A DNA stretch of 64,000 nt from assembly GCA_013265495.1 (NCBI GenBank), contig MU058213.1, positions 2,418,001-2,482,000 of the forward strand. Reading direction: 5' to 3'. The notes below the pieces were generated by a model that ran no database searches, was not told where the DNA came from, and was given only the letters and a program-made list of their open reading frames with translations. Shown here one piece after another: positions 24,848-36,100 of the stretch. Origin of the DNA: Vicugna vicugna (lineage: Eukaryota). A program made the position numbers and the translations under genes. The first letter of the stretch is position 1. Each line of letters starts with the position of its first letter.

Positions 24848-27519
24848 TAAAATTCCAGAACATCTGTGGTAGGTATTGTATTCCCATAGGTAAAAATAAC
24901 TCATGCTTTTCTAGAACATTCTGTTGGACTTTAGGTGATTTACTGTCATTAGAAATTAAGGTGATAATTATTCAAGTTCTATATTATTTAAAGACATCGG
25001 TAAATTTGAGATGAAAAGTCTCAAAAGACTCCAGCTCAGTCTTTCAGGGAATCAACTAGGTGTTCTTTAGAAGAAAAATATTATCCCAATCTTAATTTTT
25101 AATTCATAAAATATAGCTTCAGAAGCCTTTGCCTAATGAATAGAAATCAAATTACTTATAACTTAGTAATATTTGACATTTCTATTCATCCCTTAATGAA
25201 TTTTGGCAATAAAGGAAAAATGTATTTTGGATATCTTTCAAAGATGATATAAAAGTAGGCTTTAGTAAGCAAAGCCAAATACATATGTGGATTTATGCTT
25301 ATGATATTGAGAATATAATTGGCATGTTTTAAGTGGAATTTTATTATGGAACCAAGAATTAAATAAAGATAAGTTTTAATTTGATTTTAACTACAATTGA
25401 ATAATAGCCTAGACTGTTGACTGCTGACTTAATAATATGAATCTTCTCAGTTTCTGTAAAGGACATGATCCAAATTTCTTAATCATATCCTCTGACATGT
25501 TCTAATTAAACTTTTAAGGGCTGGTTGTGAATTAAAGAAGGATCTATACAACCGCAGTATTGCTAAGTGTTTCCATTTAGAATATCAGTACATTTTAGCA
25601 AATTAAAGAGTGCTCTTGACTTCTAAAAAACCTACACACTTCCATTAGTGTAACATTTGACAAAGTAAAGGGATAAGGTCACACAGAATTAATGAAGATC
25701 TGAATTATATAATAATTTAAAGAAGGAGAGATGTATAATTTATCTGAACATAAATGATTCAAGCTAGATGAAGAACTTGTTATCAAAAAATATTTTATTT
25801 TGAAGAAAACTTTCTTAAAATTGGTGCTTCTCTGTTATTGGCATAGGATTTTTATCTGACTTACGATGATCATCCTCCTGTATCTTGTTTATACTGTATA
25901 CTATTAAATAACTTTATATATGAAGACAATGTTGTTAGATAAAGGTGAACTTTAGGCCATTAACTCTGCACAGTACTCACAAGTTGAGTTTTAATTAATG
26001 AGGCTTGCGTACACATGGTCTCTTTTTTTTTATTTCTATGATAAGTTAGCATGTCCTTGAGGCAGAACAGAAATTCCTCAGATTGTATTTTGACAAAACA
26101 TAAGTGGGTATATTCAGTTTGCCAAGTAATTTGAATGTGCTGTTAGTAAAATCAGCCCCCCCGCTCTCATGCTGAAACTGTCCTTCAGTCTGTAGAGAGG
26201 AAGACACGATGCAACACAACTTGGACACCTTTTCCTGCTCATCTTCACTTCCTACTTCTGTGGTCTCATTGCTAATATTTAACCTTTAGAGAGAGAGAGA
26301 AAACAAGTATTAGCTTTGTATAAAATCCCTCAGTGGGGATTAATGGGTCTAATCCCGTTAGATCGTATTTTCATTCTTTGTACAATGTTCTTTATCACCT
26401 AGAATTCATTACACCATGCAGAGGAGGGCTCGGCCAAGAGCCCTGGGCATCCAGCAGAGCCTGCGCCCTTTGGATCCATTGCAGTGATGATAGTTAAAAT
26501 GTTCCCCTGTGGCTCTGGGAAGAGGTCTGTGACGAAAAGATCTCAAAACTTGAATTTCTTTTGGCCGCAGCAGAGAACTGTCACATTTGTTGAGAATCAC
26601 CTGTCTCCTAGTCAACAGGAGAAACCAATTATCCTGGCACTCCTAAGGGAAGAGTCTTTGCAACGCAGTGACTTAAATGTTCATGATGAAAACTGAGGAG
26701 GCACTCCGCAGGAAGAAAGTAGACTTCCTGATTTAACTGTATCTTGTGTAGCTAAAAGTACAGTTTCATTTAGAAAGACGGTCAATTAAAGATGGTTGAG
26801 TCTGTGTCAATCCACCTCATGATCTTTCCTTTGTGAGAGGGGTCAGCTTGCCCCTTATGTTTCATCGGGGAACTGGCTATCAGACCTAGGTCTCCTGCTT
26901 ACACAAACACTGGGAGTTTTGTGACTCTTTTTCTTTCTCTCAAAGCTACTCGTCAGTTCATATTAGACACACATGTACACAAATACAAGGGTTCTTTGAA
27001 TTGTCCACACATTGATTCCATTCAAATAAATAGTTAATCTAATACTCATAAGCAAACACAGGCTGTAGGATATAGGTCTTCGTGAATCACTGGCAAAGAA
27101 AACCATTAACAGATTTTGTTTCTTAGAGCTTTGACTCATCTTTCAACCACAGAAAGAGAAGTGAGGCTTTTAAAATAAAATACTTTCCTGATTAATTTTA
27201 TCTTTTAGTAATTTTGCTTTTAATTACTCAAATAATTTCATTGGACAAGTGGATCGGGTACACTGAAATTTATATCAGAATGGTAGGATCTTCGAATTAG
27301 GGTTTCTGTTTGAAGTATCTAGACTGCAGTTTGACAATCCCAGTGACATATTAGGCACATTATTTTACATTGTATTTAGCAGAATCGTTATGGTTAATCA
27401 AGCCTGATCTAGAAAAATGGCTTTTAGCCATAAAAGTCTTTTTTTTAGGCTTTTGAGAACTTGTATGAGAAAAATGGGGTCGTCAAAAATGACTGACCAA
27501 CTACTTTTTGCTTCATTAG

Positions 27520-27635
27520 AGAAACGGACAGATAAATCAGCTGTTTCTGGAGCCATTCGGTTGAAAATCAACGTGGAAATAAAAGGAGAGGAGAAGGTTG
27601 CTCCGTATCATATACAATATACATGTTTACATGAG
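27520..27635 (+). CDS. UNC13C: UNC13C internal coding exon (end of C2B)
   Basis: cttcattAG|AG AAA ... CAT GAG|GTgagt; 116 nt, phase 1 to 0; G+AG completes Glu; [39 protein letters not shown]. Confidence 0.97.
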
Positions 27636-28241
27636 GTGAGTAAACCGAATTCTGTTAGTAAAACCTAGTAATGATTGTGTTGATTATGGATCAGCCAACA
27701 AAATATTTGGTTTAAAAATTCAGTTAAATTGGGTGTGTGCAATTGTTCGTGAAGTTCTTACTCCACAGTCTAGCAGGTGGTGTGCTAGACTATTCTACAG
27801 CCTGTGGCTTACCCACTGAAGAGAGGGCTGGCTGTCCTTCAAGAAGGTTTAGTACAAGCATCTGAGGCAGGTATTAATAAACAAGGAAATAAGATGATAA
27901 TGACTAAGTAGACCAAATTAAATCACCATTCTTCTAAGAAGACAGATGAATGTTAGAAAGCATTCTTTGAAGAAATAAGTCATGACAGATATTTTGGAAG
28001 CATTAAATATGTAGTACTTGAGTCATGGAGGAGAGGATCCAAATCCTGACAGTTCTGAGAACTCTGAGTTAGTGTTCAGATTGTTGAGGTAGTGAAGATT
28101 TATTTAGGAGATTTGTCTATAAATCTAAAAATGCTGATGTCATAGCATTGGCTTTGGGGAGCCAGTGTAAGAAGCAGTAATTTTTCATCTTTTTCTGAGC
28201 ACTACAGAGGGCTTCAAACATACTGAACTCTCCTCCATTTT

Positions 28242-28665
28242 ATTTTATTTATATTTCTTAAAACACCTTTATTGTGGTATGGTTCGTGTACAATAAACTA
28301 CATATTTCAGATGTACACTTTGATGACTTTTGATAGATGTATGCACCAGTGAAACCACTGCCACAATCAAGATAGCTAACATTTCCATCTGTCCCCAAGA
28401 GGTACAATTTTTGAACTCCCAATATATCCCTTCCCACCTCCTTTAACCCCTGGTAACCATAGGTTTGTTCTCTGTGTCTGTGAGTCTGTTTCTGTTTTAT
28501 AGGTAAATTCACTTGTGTCCTTTTTTTTAGATTTCCAGATATAAGCAATATCATATGGCATTTTCCTTTCTCTTTCTGTCTTACTTCACTTAGAATAATG
28601 ATCTCCAGGTCCATCCATGTTGTTGCAAATGGCATTATTTTATTCTTTTTTATGGCTGTATAGTA

Positions 28666-28721
<56 letters not shown>

Positions 28722-28904
28722 AGATTATATATATGTATATACATATACATACCACATCTTCTTTGTCCAGTCATCAGTCAGAGGGCATTTAGATTGTTTC
28801 CATGTCTTGGCTATTGTAAATAATGCTGCTATGAACATCAGGGTGCATGTGTCTTTTTAAATTGGGCATATATCCGGAAAAAAACATAATTCAAAAAAAT
28901 ATGT
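28242..28904 (-). mobile_element. Composite L1 insertion: old L1M-type 3' end + young L1 3' UTR/ORF2 end + short inverted 5' piece
   Basis: TSD AACTCTCCTCCATTTT (28226-28241) / AACTCTCTTCCACTTT (28905-28920); see findings. Confidence 0.85.
28670..28718. repeat. (GT)n microsatellite, ~24 units, inside the L1
   Basis: Uninterrupted gtgtgt run. Confidence 0.98.
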
Positions 28905-30215
28905 AACTCTCTTCCACTTTAACCACCCTTTCCACAAACCCACTTGGGTGACAAGTATTGGAATGTAGTTACCTACTCATGGATAGTAGAAAATGCCTCA
29001 CCCAAACGGGAGGGCCTGTTTTGGCTTAGAGGTGGAAACCACCCAATTTAAATTGAAAGGGCAGTTTCTAGTCACTGTTGTGCATCTGTGTGCACGCACA
29101 GACAAATAATCCTGGGCTTCTATTGGATACTTTGCAACTAAGAGCTTTGTTGGAGGTGCCTTTCTCTGATGCAAATGACACTTGTCCCACGTATCAAAAA
29201 ATATGAGCAATATACCTTTCCCCGTGCTCAAAGAACAGAGAAAGTACCTGCCTAAGAAAGGAAAAGATAGCTGGGAGAATCTTTGCTCTTGGCACATTAT
29301 TTTTCCTAAATATATCTATGAAAAAATACATATGTAATTATTTCCATCTCCATTTTACTCAAGAAGGAAATGAGAAACAGTATTTAAGTCATTTACACAT
29401 GACATAGTAATTAGAGATAGAACCAAGGCTTAATTTCCTGACCATAACCTAGCCAGTGATACTCCTTCAAGAAAGGTGGTTCGGTTTTAGACCAAAAAAA
29501 AAGAGAGAGAGAGAGAGAAACCCCCCGAACTGGCAGAATGGGGTGCCAACTCTGACCTTAATGAGGGCAGGGATTCGGAATAAGGAACAGCAGCATGCTT
29601 TGCTTTTCAGAGTCTTGTCTGCTGCTCCAAGAACCAAAAAGAACTGAAATCCAAGAAAGTGTCCTTCATTGACCCAGGCTGCATCCATGCAGCAGTTTCT
29701 AAACTTATTAGAAGCAAAAGGAATTATATATAGTGATTTTTTTGTTACAAAATTTTAATAAACATTTATTTTCAACCTCAGTTCATTGTTGTGACTCCTA
29801 CCATGTGGCAGAAAAAAGCCCTTTTAGTATAATTTACATACCTGGATTCTGTATTAACATAGCCTAATAAGACAGTTCATCCAGAGCTCCATAATTTACT
29901 CTGAACCTGTGAATGCAAAATATGTTCTAGCATGTGGAAATGTTTACATGCAAAAATATTTACTTCTAAAATAATTTGGTGTATATGAAACATTTGAATC
30001 CTTGATTCTGTATAGACCCAGGCAGAAATATAATCAGAATTTGCATAAAGATGAGGTGAGTTAGGATAAAAATACAAGACATTTTTCTTGTTCAGAGATG
30101 CTGATGAAACATTAGATGCAATTACAATGTAAGTGTACTTTACTGAATGTTACTGTTAAATAGGTCTGACCTAGTCTGTGGAATTACTGAGCAATTGAAA
30201 ACCACTTACTTTCAG

Positions 30216-30379
30216 AATCTGTTCCATTACTTGACTGAAGTGAAGTCTAATGGTGGAGTGAAAATCCCAGAGGTCAAAGGAGATGAAGCCTGGAAGGTTT
30301 TCTTTGATGATGCTTCCCAAGAAATAGTTGATGAATTTGCAATGCGTTATGGGATTGAATCCATTTATCAAGCTATGAC
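30216..30379 (+). CDS. UNC13C: UNC13C internal coding exon (C2B-MUN linker)
   Basis: actttcAG|AAT ... ATG AC|GTgagt; 164 nt, phase 0 to 2; [54 protein letters not shown](T). Confidence 0.97.
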
Positions 30380-30600
30380 GTGAGTACTACAGAACATTTA
30401 CGTGTTTGGAAATATCTGTGGAAGTCTAGAGAAACAAACAAAAAAGAGAATATTCATCTCCCTTCTTCTAATACAAGTGAAATTTTGATTAAAAAAGAAT
30501 TACATTTTAATGTGCTGATTGGATGCTGGCTACCCTCTCTCTTATAACTATAAAGCTCTAAGGGATCGGTAACTCACTGCCATCATCTTCCTGATTCTCA

Positions 30601-30782
30601 TTCTGTTCTCAAAGTACGGTTCCCTTACTAGCAGCATTAGCAGCACCTGGGAACTGAGCACTGCAGATTTTCTACCCTCCTTCAGACCTACAGAATCAGA
30701 AACTCGGAGGGAGGGGCCCAGTGATCTGGGTTTTAATATGCCCTAGGTGGTTCTCGTACACTCTGAAGTTTGAGAACCAATG
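30601..30782. mobile_element. MER5A hAT-Charlie, next to or inside a MIR (to ~30900)
   Basis: gttctcaaagt...agcagcattagcagcacctgggaact...cagacctacagaatcagaaactc...aagtttgagaacca. Confidence 0.88.
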
Positions 30783-32122
30783 CCCTATTTGATATTGAGA
30801 AAATTAAAGCCTGATGATGTAAGTGCCCTGTCCAAGGTTACGAAGCCCGTTAGCATCAGAGACCCACCTGGAGCCATTACGTTCTCTTGACCCTAACCAA
30901 TATCCTTCCTTCCTTTATTTATATCAGTGCTGCTAAGTCAGGAAAATGAAGATTTATTGAGCACCTGTAGAACCTAAATAGAACAGTAAATGTAGTACAA
31001 TAGAGGTGACCCGTACAGACACACACCGCTTACTGAGGAGTTTCAGCACGGATTTAGAATTGGGTTATTAACTTTCCCACAGTTCATCTTGTGCAACCTG
31101 GTCTAATTTTGTAAGTGCATTTTGTTCAGGTATAAGCTATGTATCACATGTAAACTATTTATGTACATACATTAGTCGACTGTTCTTTCATATTAAAGAT
31201 CACATGATATTCTCATGTGAACACAATGGATGCTGACCCAGGTAATCATTCTCAACCATCTTGACAGTTGTTGAGTGGACTGAGAATCTTCAAAGTGTAC
31301 TGCTCAGAGAATTAATCAGCAGTCATATATTTAGAACAGCATATGGAAGAATTTTTTTAAAATTTCTGATAAAGTGTGTGTGCTTTTTCAGTTTATAGAA
31401 TGTCCCAGTGCTAGATAAAAAAAGACTCATAGATTCTTAGGCAAGAAAAGGAACTTAAAGGTGACCCACCTGAGCCTCTCTGCACGTCAGGAAACACCGT
31501 TTTTGCATCCCTCGCTGATTGTCGTCCTCTCTGTGCTTGCTCACCTGCGATAACAGGGAGCTCACTTCTTTTGGGGCAGCCTGTTTTGTAAATGGAGCAG
31601 CCATGATGAAGTCTGTGCCATGTTGGTGGCTGCAGGAACTGATCAGAACATCTAGGATAAAATATGAGTACAATTAAAATGCAACTCTGATTAACAATCT
31701 AAAGTAAATGAACCATTCTTCCAAAAGAGAGCTATGTTTTAAAAAAAAAAAACAGAACAAGAAAACCGGCTTTTGGAAAGAATCTCAGTAAAAGAAAGGA
31801 TCAAATTGAGCTTATTCCGAAATATTTCTGTGAGTTGATGTCACATTTATCACCACATTTCTTATATTCTGAGAGCACAATCACATTACTGCAGAAAAAA
31901 AATGGTTAAGTATATGATAGTTTAAAAGAGAAGAATCATCCATCCTTTACCTTATCACTTTTATTTTTCTGTTGCCTTTAACCTAAGTAAATAGTAATGA
32001 TTTAAAAAAGTATTTTTGGATACTCTTTTTGGTATCAAGTGACTGACAGGTGAATTGGGTTCCCTGGGATTTACAGGAGTCACTGTGACAGAGCCTCTGC
32101 TCACACAGAAAATAGTCTGAAG

Positions 32123-32342
32123 CAGGGGTCGGCAAAATTTTGTTTTCTGTTAAGGGTCATAGAGTAAATATTTTCAGCTTTGTGAGTCCTGTGGTCACTG
32201 TCACAGCTGCTCAACTCTTTTCCCAGTGCGCAAGCAGCCACAGACGTCAACACAGCCGCTTGGCTGTGCTCTGATAAAACTCTGTTTACAAGCGAAAGCT
32301 GTGGACTGGGTTTCACTGTGGACCTCAGATGGCCAAGTGTTG
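32123..32342. mobile_element. MER58A hAT-Charlie MITE with 8-bp TSD
   Basis: caggggtcggcaaa...gtaaatattttcagctttg...; TSD gtctgaag (32115-32122) / gtctaaag (32343-32350). Confidence 0.9.
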
Positions 32343-32559
32343 GTCTAAAGAGAGGACGCAAGGCAGGTAAACGTAAGGAAGAAGAATGCCAGCTTTTTGT
32401 GCGGTAAATTGACAAATGCACTTGAACTATAACAAAATGCAGCAGAGTATTTCCGCTGCTGGTACACGTTCGGTTTGACATTGGTATTTTCGTTTTTCAA
32501 ATGTTGCTTTTAGTATTAAGTACCGGCCGAGCGGGCGGTGACTGTGCCCTCAGCCTCAC

Positions 32560-32794
32560 GAAACTTCAGACAGGCTGCCTTTGCCTCTAGGCCCCTGGCC
32601 TCCCCCTCACCTTGGCCCGTACAGAATCCAGAGCCTCACTCATGGGCCCCTGACTTCCCTTTCCTCAGAGCGTTTATTTTAGAAAACTTACTGTAAATTC
32701 CTTCTCTGCCCTTTGGGTATATAAACATTTTTAAAAGCATTTTGTCGGGTTTTCAGCTCTGGATAAGCTTTGTCAAGGACCTGGGAGCTGTTCT
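32560..32794 (+). mobile_element. ERV1 LTR fragment (MER34/MER39-like)
   Basis: ttagaaaacttactgtaaattccttctctgccc...tcaaggacctgggagc resembles the MER34-group LTR as recalled. Confidence 0.6.
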
Positions 32795-33190
32795 TTATTT
32801 GTTTATTTTTTAAATTGAAGTATAGTCCGTTACAATGTGTCGATTTCTGGTGTACAGCATAGTGTCTCAGTCATGCACATACGTACATATAGTGGTTTTC
32901 ATATTCTTTTCCATTAAAGGTTATTACAAGATATTGAATATAGTTCCCTGTGCTATACAGCATCAACTTGCTGTTTATCTATTTTATATATAGTAGTTAG
33001 TATCTGCAAATCTTGAACTCTCAATTTATCCCTTCCCACCCCCTCTTCCCCACCTGGTAACCATAAGTTTGTTTTCTATCTGTGAGTCTCTTTCTGTTTT
33101 GTAAATAAGATCATTTGTATCTTTTTTTTTAGATTCCCAAAAAAAAGTGGTATCATACGGTATTTTTCTTTCTCTTTCTGGCTTATTCTT
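32795..33190 (-). mobile_element. Lineage-specific L1 3' UTR
   Basis: aaattgaagtatagtccgttacaatgtgtc...tggtaaccataagtttgttttctat...ctctttctggcttatt; similar to the 11821 copy. Confidence 0.92.
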
Positions 33191-36100
33191 GCGGACTTTC
33201 TTAGATACCACTGGATCAGAAAAAGCAGATCATTTTCTTTTGATATTTAAAGTCCCTTTAAGCTTAGCCAAATTCCCAAGTACCTTCATAATCTTCCTCT
33301 TTTATTATAGATTGCTTGGTTTCTTTTAAGCCTACTCCCATTTATTTGAAGATGGATTTGGAGCAGAAATGAATGAAGGGGAAAGTATGTGTTAAGTCAG
33401 AGAGTCTGGTTGCACATTATTAAATTTTCCTCTTGTGTATTTCTTATCATAAAGAGGAGGCTGAATCTGTTTTGCTGGTAAATAATCTGAACATTAATGC
33501 TGAACTTGCCAGTCCTCCAAGGTGCTTCCTGCTTACTGTATATGCTCTATCCTTTTACCACAGAATGAGGGCACAATTTATTAGCCCTATTTGTAGCATA
33601 AAAATCTATCCTTTGTTTTGGAGCATTTGAGAGAAGGAAGGAGATTACTGTTTTCCTATTTGGACAAGTGATTGATCAAAGACCTGGAGGATTTGTTCCC
33701 ACATGGTAAACTTAACCACCCATCTCAAACAAAAGCAATTTTCCAATTTGTGACAGTAAGAGTCTGTTCCCTTTTTCAAAGGAGCACGCTATTCCACACG
33801 TTTAGCATGAGGTAAGGCATAAAACCTGTTTTCCATCATGATAATCTTGGCAGTTCTGGTTACTTGTCATCCATTTATGCAGACATATGTGTTCTTAATC
33901 ATGATCTGACAGACCAACTGTTCACCCCCAAACACAAGCAAGGGAGTTTCATGTCGAGCACCAAGGATTAAATTGTCCTCTAGAGGTAATTTCTGCCAAG
34001 CAAATGCATTTTAACTGAGCATTTAAAGAGTCGTCTATTCAAAAATGAAGCCCAAGATGTCTCACAAAATGTAAGATTCCATTAGACTTTAGTCATCATG
34101 CCTCTGTAATACTGAATAAGGGACAACCACTGGGTCAGTGTTTTTTTTTTTTTTTTTTTTTACCTCAGCCTGCTTAACAGACAACACATACTTCAGCACT
34201 GGCCTTCTTAACCTAACTCATATTTCGAGCCAGAACTGTTGAGACAAAGTTTACTTTAAAGCCACTAGTGTATTTTAGCCATTTGAGCCATGAGCCTACT
34301 TTCTAAGGAGAGTGCTGCTTAATTGAATCATTCATTCTTTTAAGGCATTCCTACCAAATGCCAGGAAGTTTTCTTGGCACATAGAATTCATCAGCAACCA
34401 AGAAGTTAAGGTTCAGTCTCTCATGGAGCCCGCATTCCAGAAGGTGTAATTCATTTATTCGATAGACACTGAGGAGCTAAGTATGAGGACTTACACAGGG
34501 CAGTGGGGATATGGCAATAAAAGGAGTGCTTTTCCTCAGTGAGCTCCTAATCTAGGGAGAAGAGGAATAATAAATTAGATAATAACCAGACACCGTAATG
34601 GAGTACAATAAGAGTGGAGACATGGAGGGGCCGGTTCAGGCACAGATGAAGAGAAAGCTGCTGGGTAGCCAGAGGGTCCCATCCTGACTTGCTCTTCAAC
34701 CTCCGTCATTCCCCTCCACTCTGTGCATTTCATTACTTTCCTGTCCCACCCCACTGCCCTGATACTCCAAACCGCCATCACTGAGCTGGAGCAGTCCTTA
34801 GCGTCTGTGGAAAGCTATGATGCTTTTATCCAAATGAGAAGTGATCCTTAAATGTTTGAGCCCCTCTTTAGTGACAGCAGTGATTAAAATCACTTGAAAT
34901 GCATACTAATCTGAACTTTCAGGGGCAAATGTGATTATTATTTTAGTATATTTCTCACATCAGGAATAGAGCTAGTCTTACTTTTCATCTTCTGCTGTTT
35001 CCCTGAAATCTCTTCTAAGGATCACCGTTTTCCTTTTGGTGCTTCTTTCCAATCATTCTGCTCTTATTTTCATAATTGATTTTTAAATCTTCAGGATCAA
35101 AGGCATTTCTCATCCTTTGAAATCATAAGATGGGTGTGATAAAGGCCAGTTGTCCAGAAAAAGTCAGATGAGATAGATGGTTGTCTTATTTTTTGTTTCC
35201 ATCATGATGCCTACAAAACAATCGCAAGTGAGCTGAATCCAGATGTGTTACTTGAAATAAGAATGACTTCCCAGTATTTTGCTGATAATATTTTGAGAAT
35301 GAATGGTTGATAATGTTCTAGCTGTTGCTTCACCTGAAAACACGCCAGTAACTATCCCATTATCAGCAATTTAAGCATCTTTGGAGTTTGTTGCTCTAAC
35401 TTTCCCCATGGCACTGAAATTCCACTTATTAAATTGATTTGACACTAATCCTGTTTTCTTGCAAAAGCAAAGTCAAGTGATTTTAACATTATTAATCCCT
35501 TGTTTTTTAATCATGTCTTTCTGGGGAAATGTTAAACAATTTGAGAGATCAGTCAGTAGTATATTTTGAGCTATTTGGTTTAAAGGTGTACTTGTGGAGG
35601 GAGCGGTTTGCTGCAGGGATATACTCAGTCATTTTAAGTTGCTAATTGTACTTTTAATCCTGTTCCCCTCTCCCTCCTTGGAATAATTTAAATAGTATTA
35701 GAACTGTGGCCTTAAAAGGAAATGATTTTCAAGGAAATGGTTAGAAGCAAGAAAGCTTGCCTTGATAGTAACCATGTGTAAGGAATGGGCACACATCAAC
35801 TGAGAGGCAAACGGCCACATTGAAGACCAGGTAGAAGTCTGTTAGCTGAAAACTCAAAGTGCAAAGGGTGCCTCAGAATGATTCCTTTGTCCCCTGGTTC
35901 CTGGTCATCCCAGCTAACCATGGGCTCCAGTGGAATCACATGTTGATGATAGGAGGAAGTAATGTGTACAGCTGGACTCAGTATCTCCATGTTCAGAGAT
36001 GGTTGGCATGTTAAGGCTTGTAAGGATTAGATCTTCTGATAGTTTCTCTCCTTTTGCAGATGGAGAAACTGAATCTAACAGTGAGGAAGTTACTTTTGTA

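Noticed and set aside
28258..28755. 165-aa ORF with a poly-(HT) tract, the longest in the window
   Set aside because: Translation through a (CA)n microsatellite and L1 3' UTR; no coding evidence.
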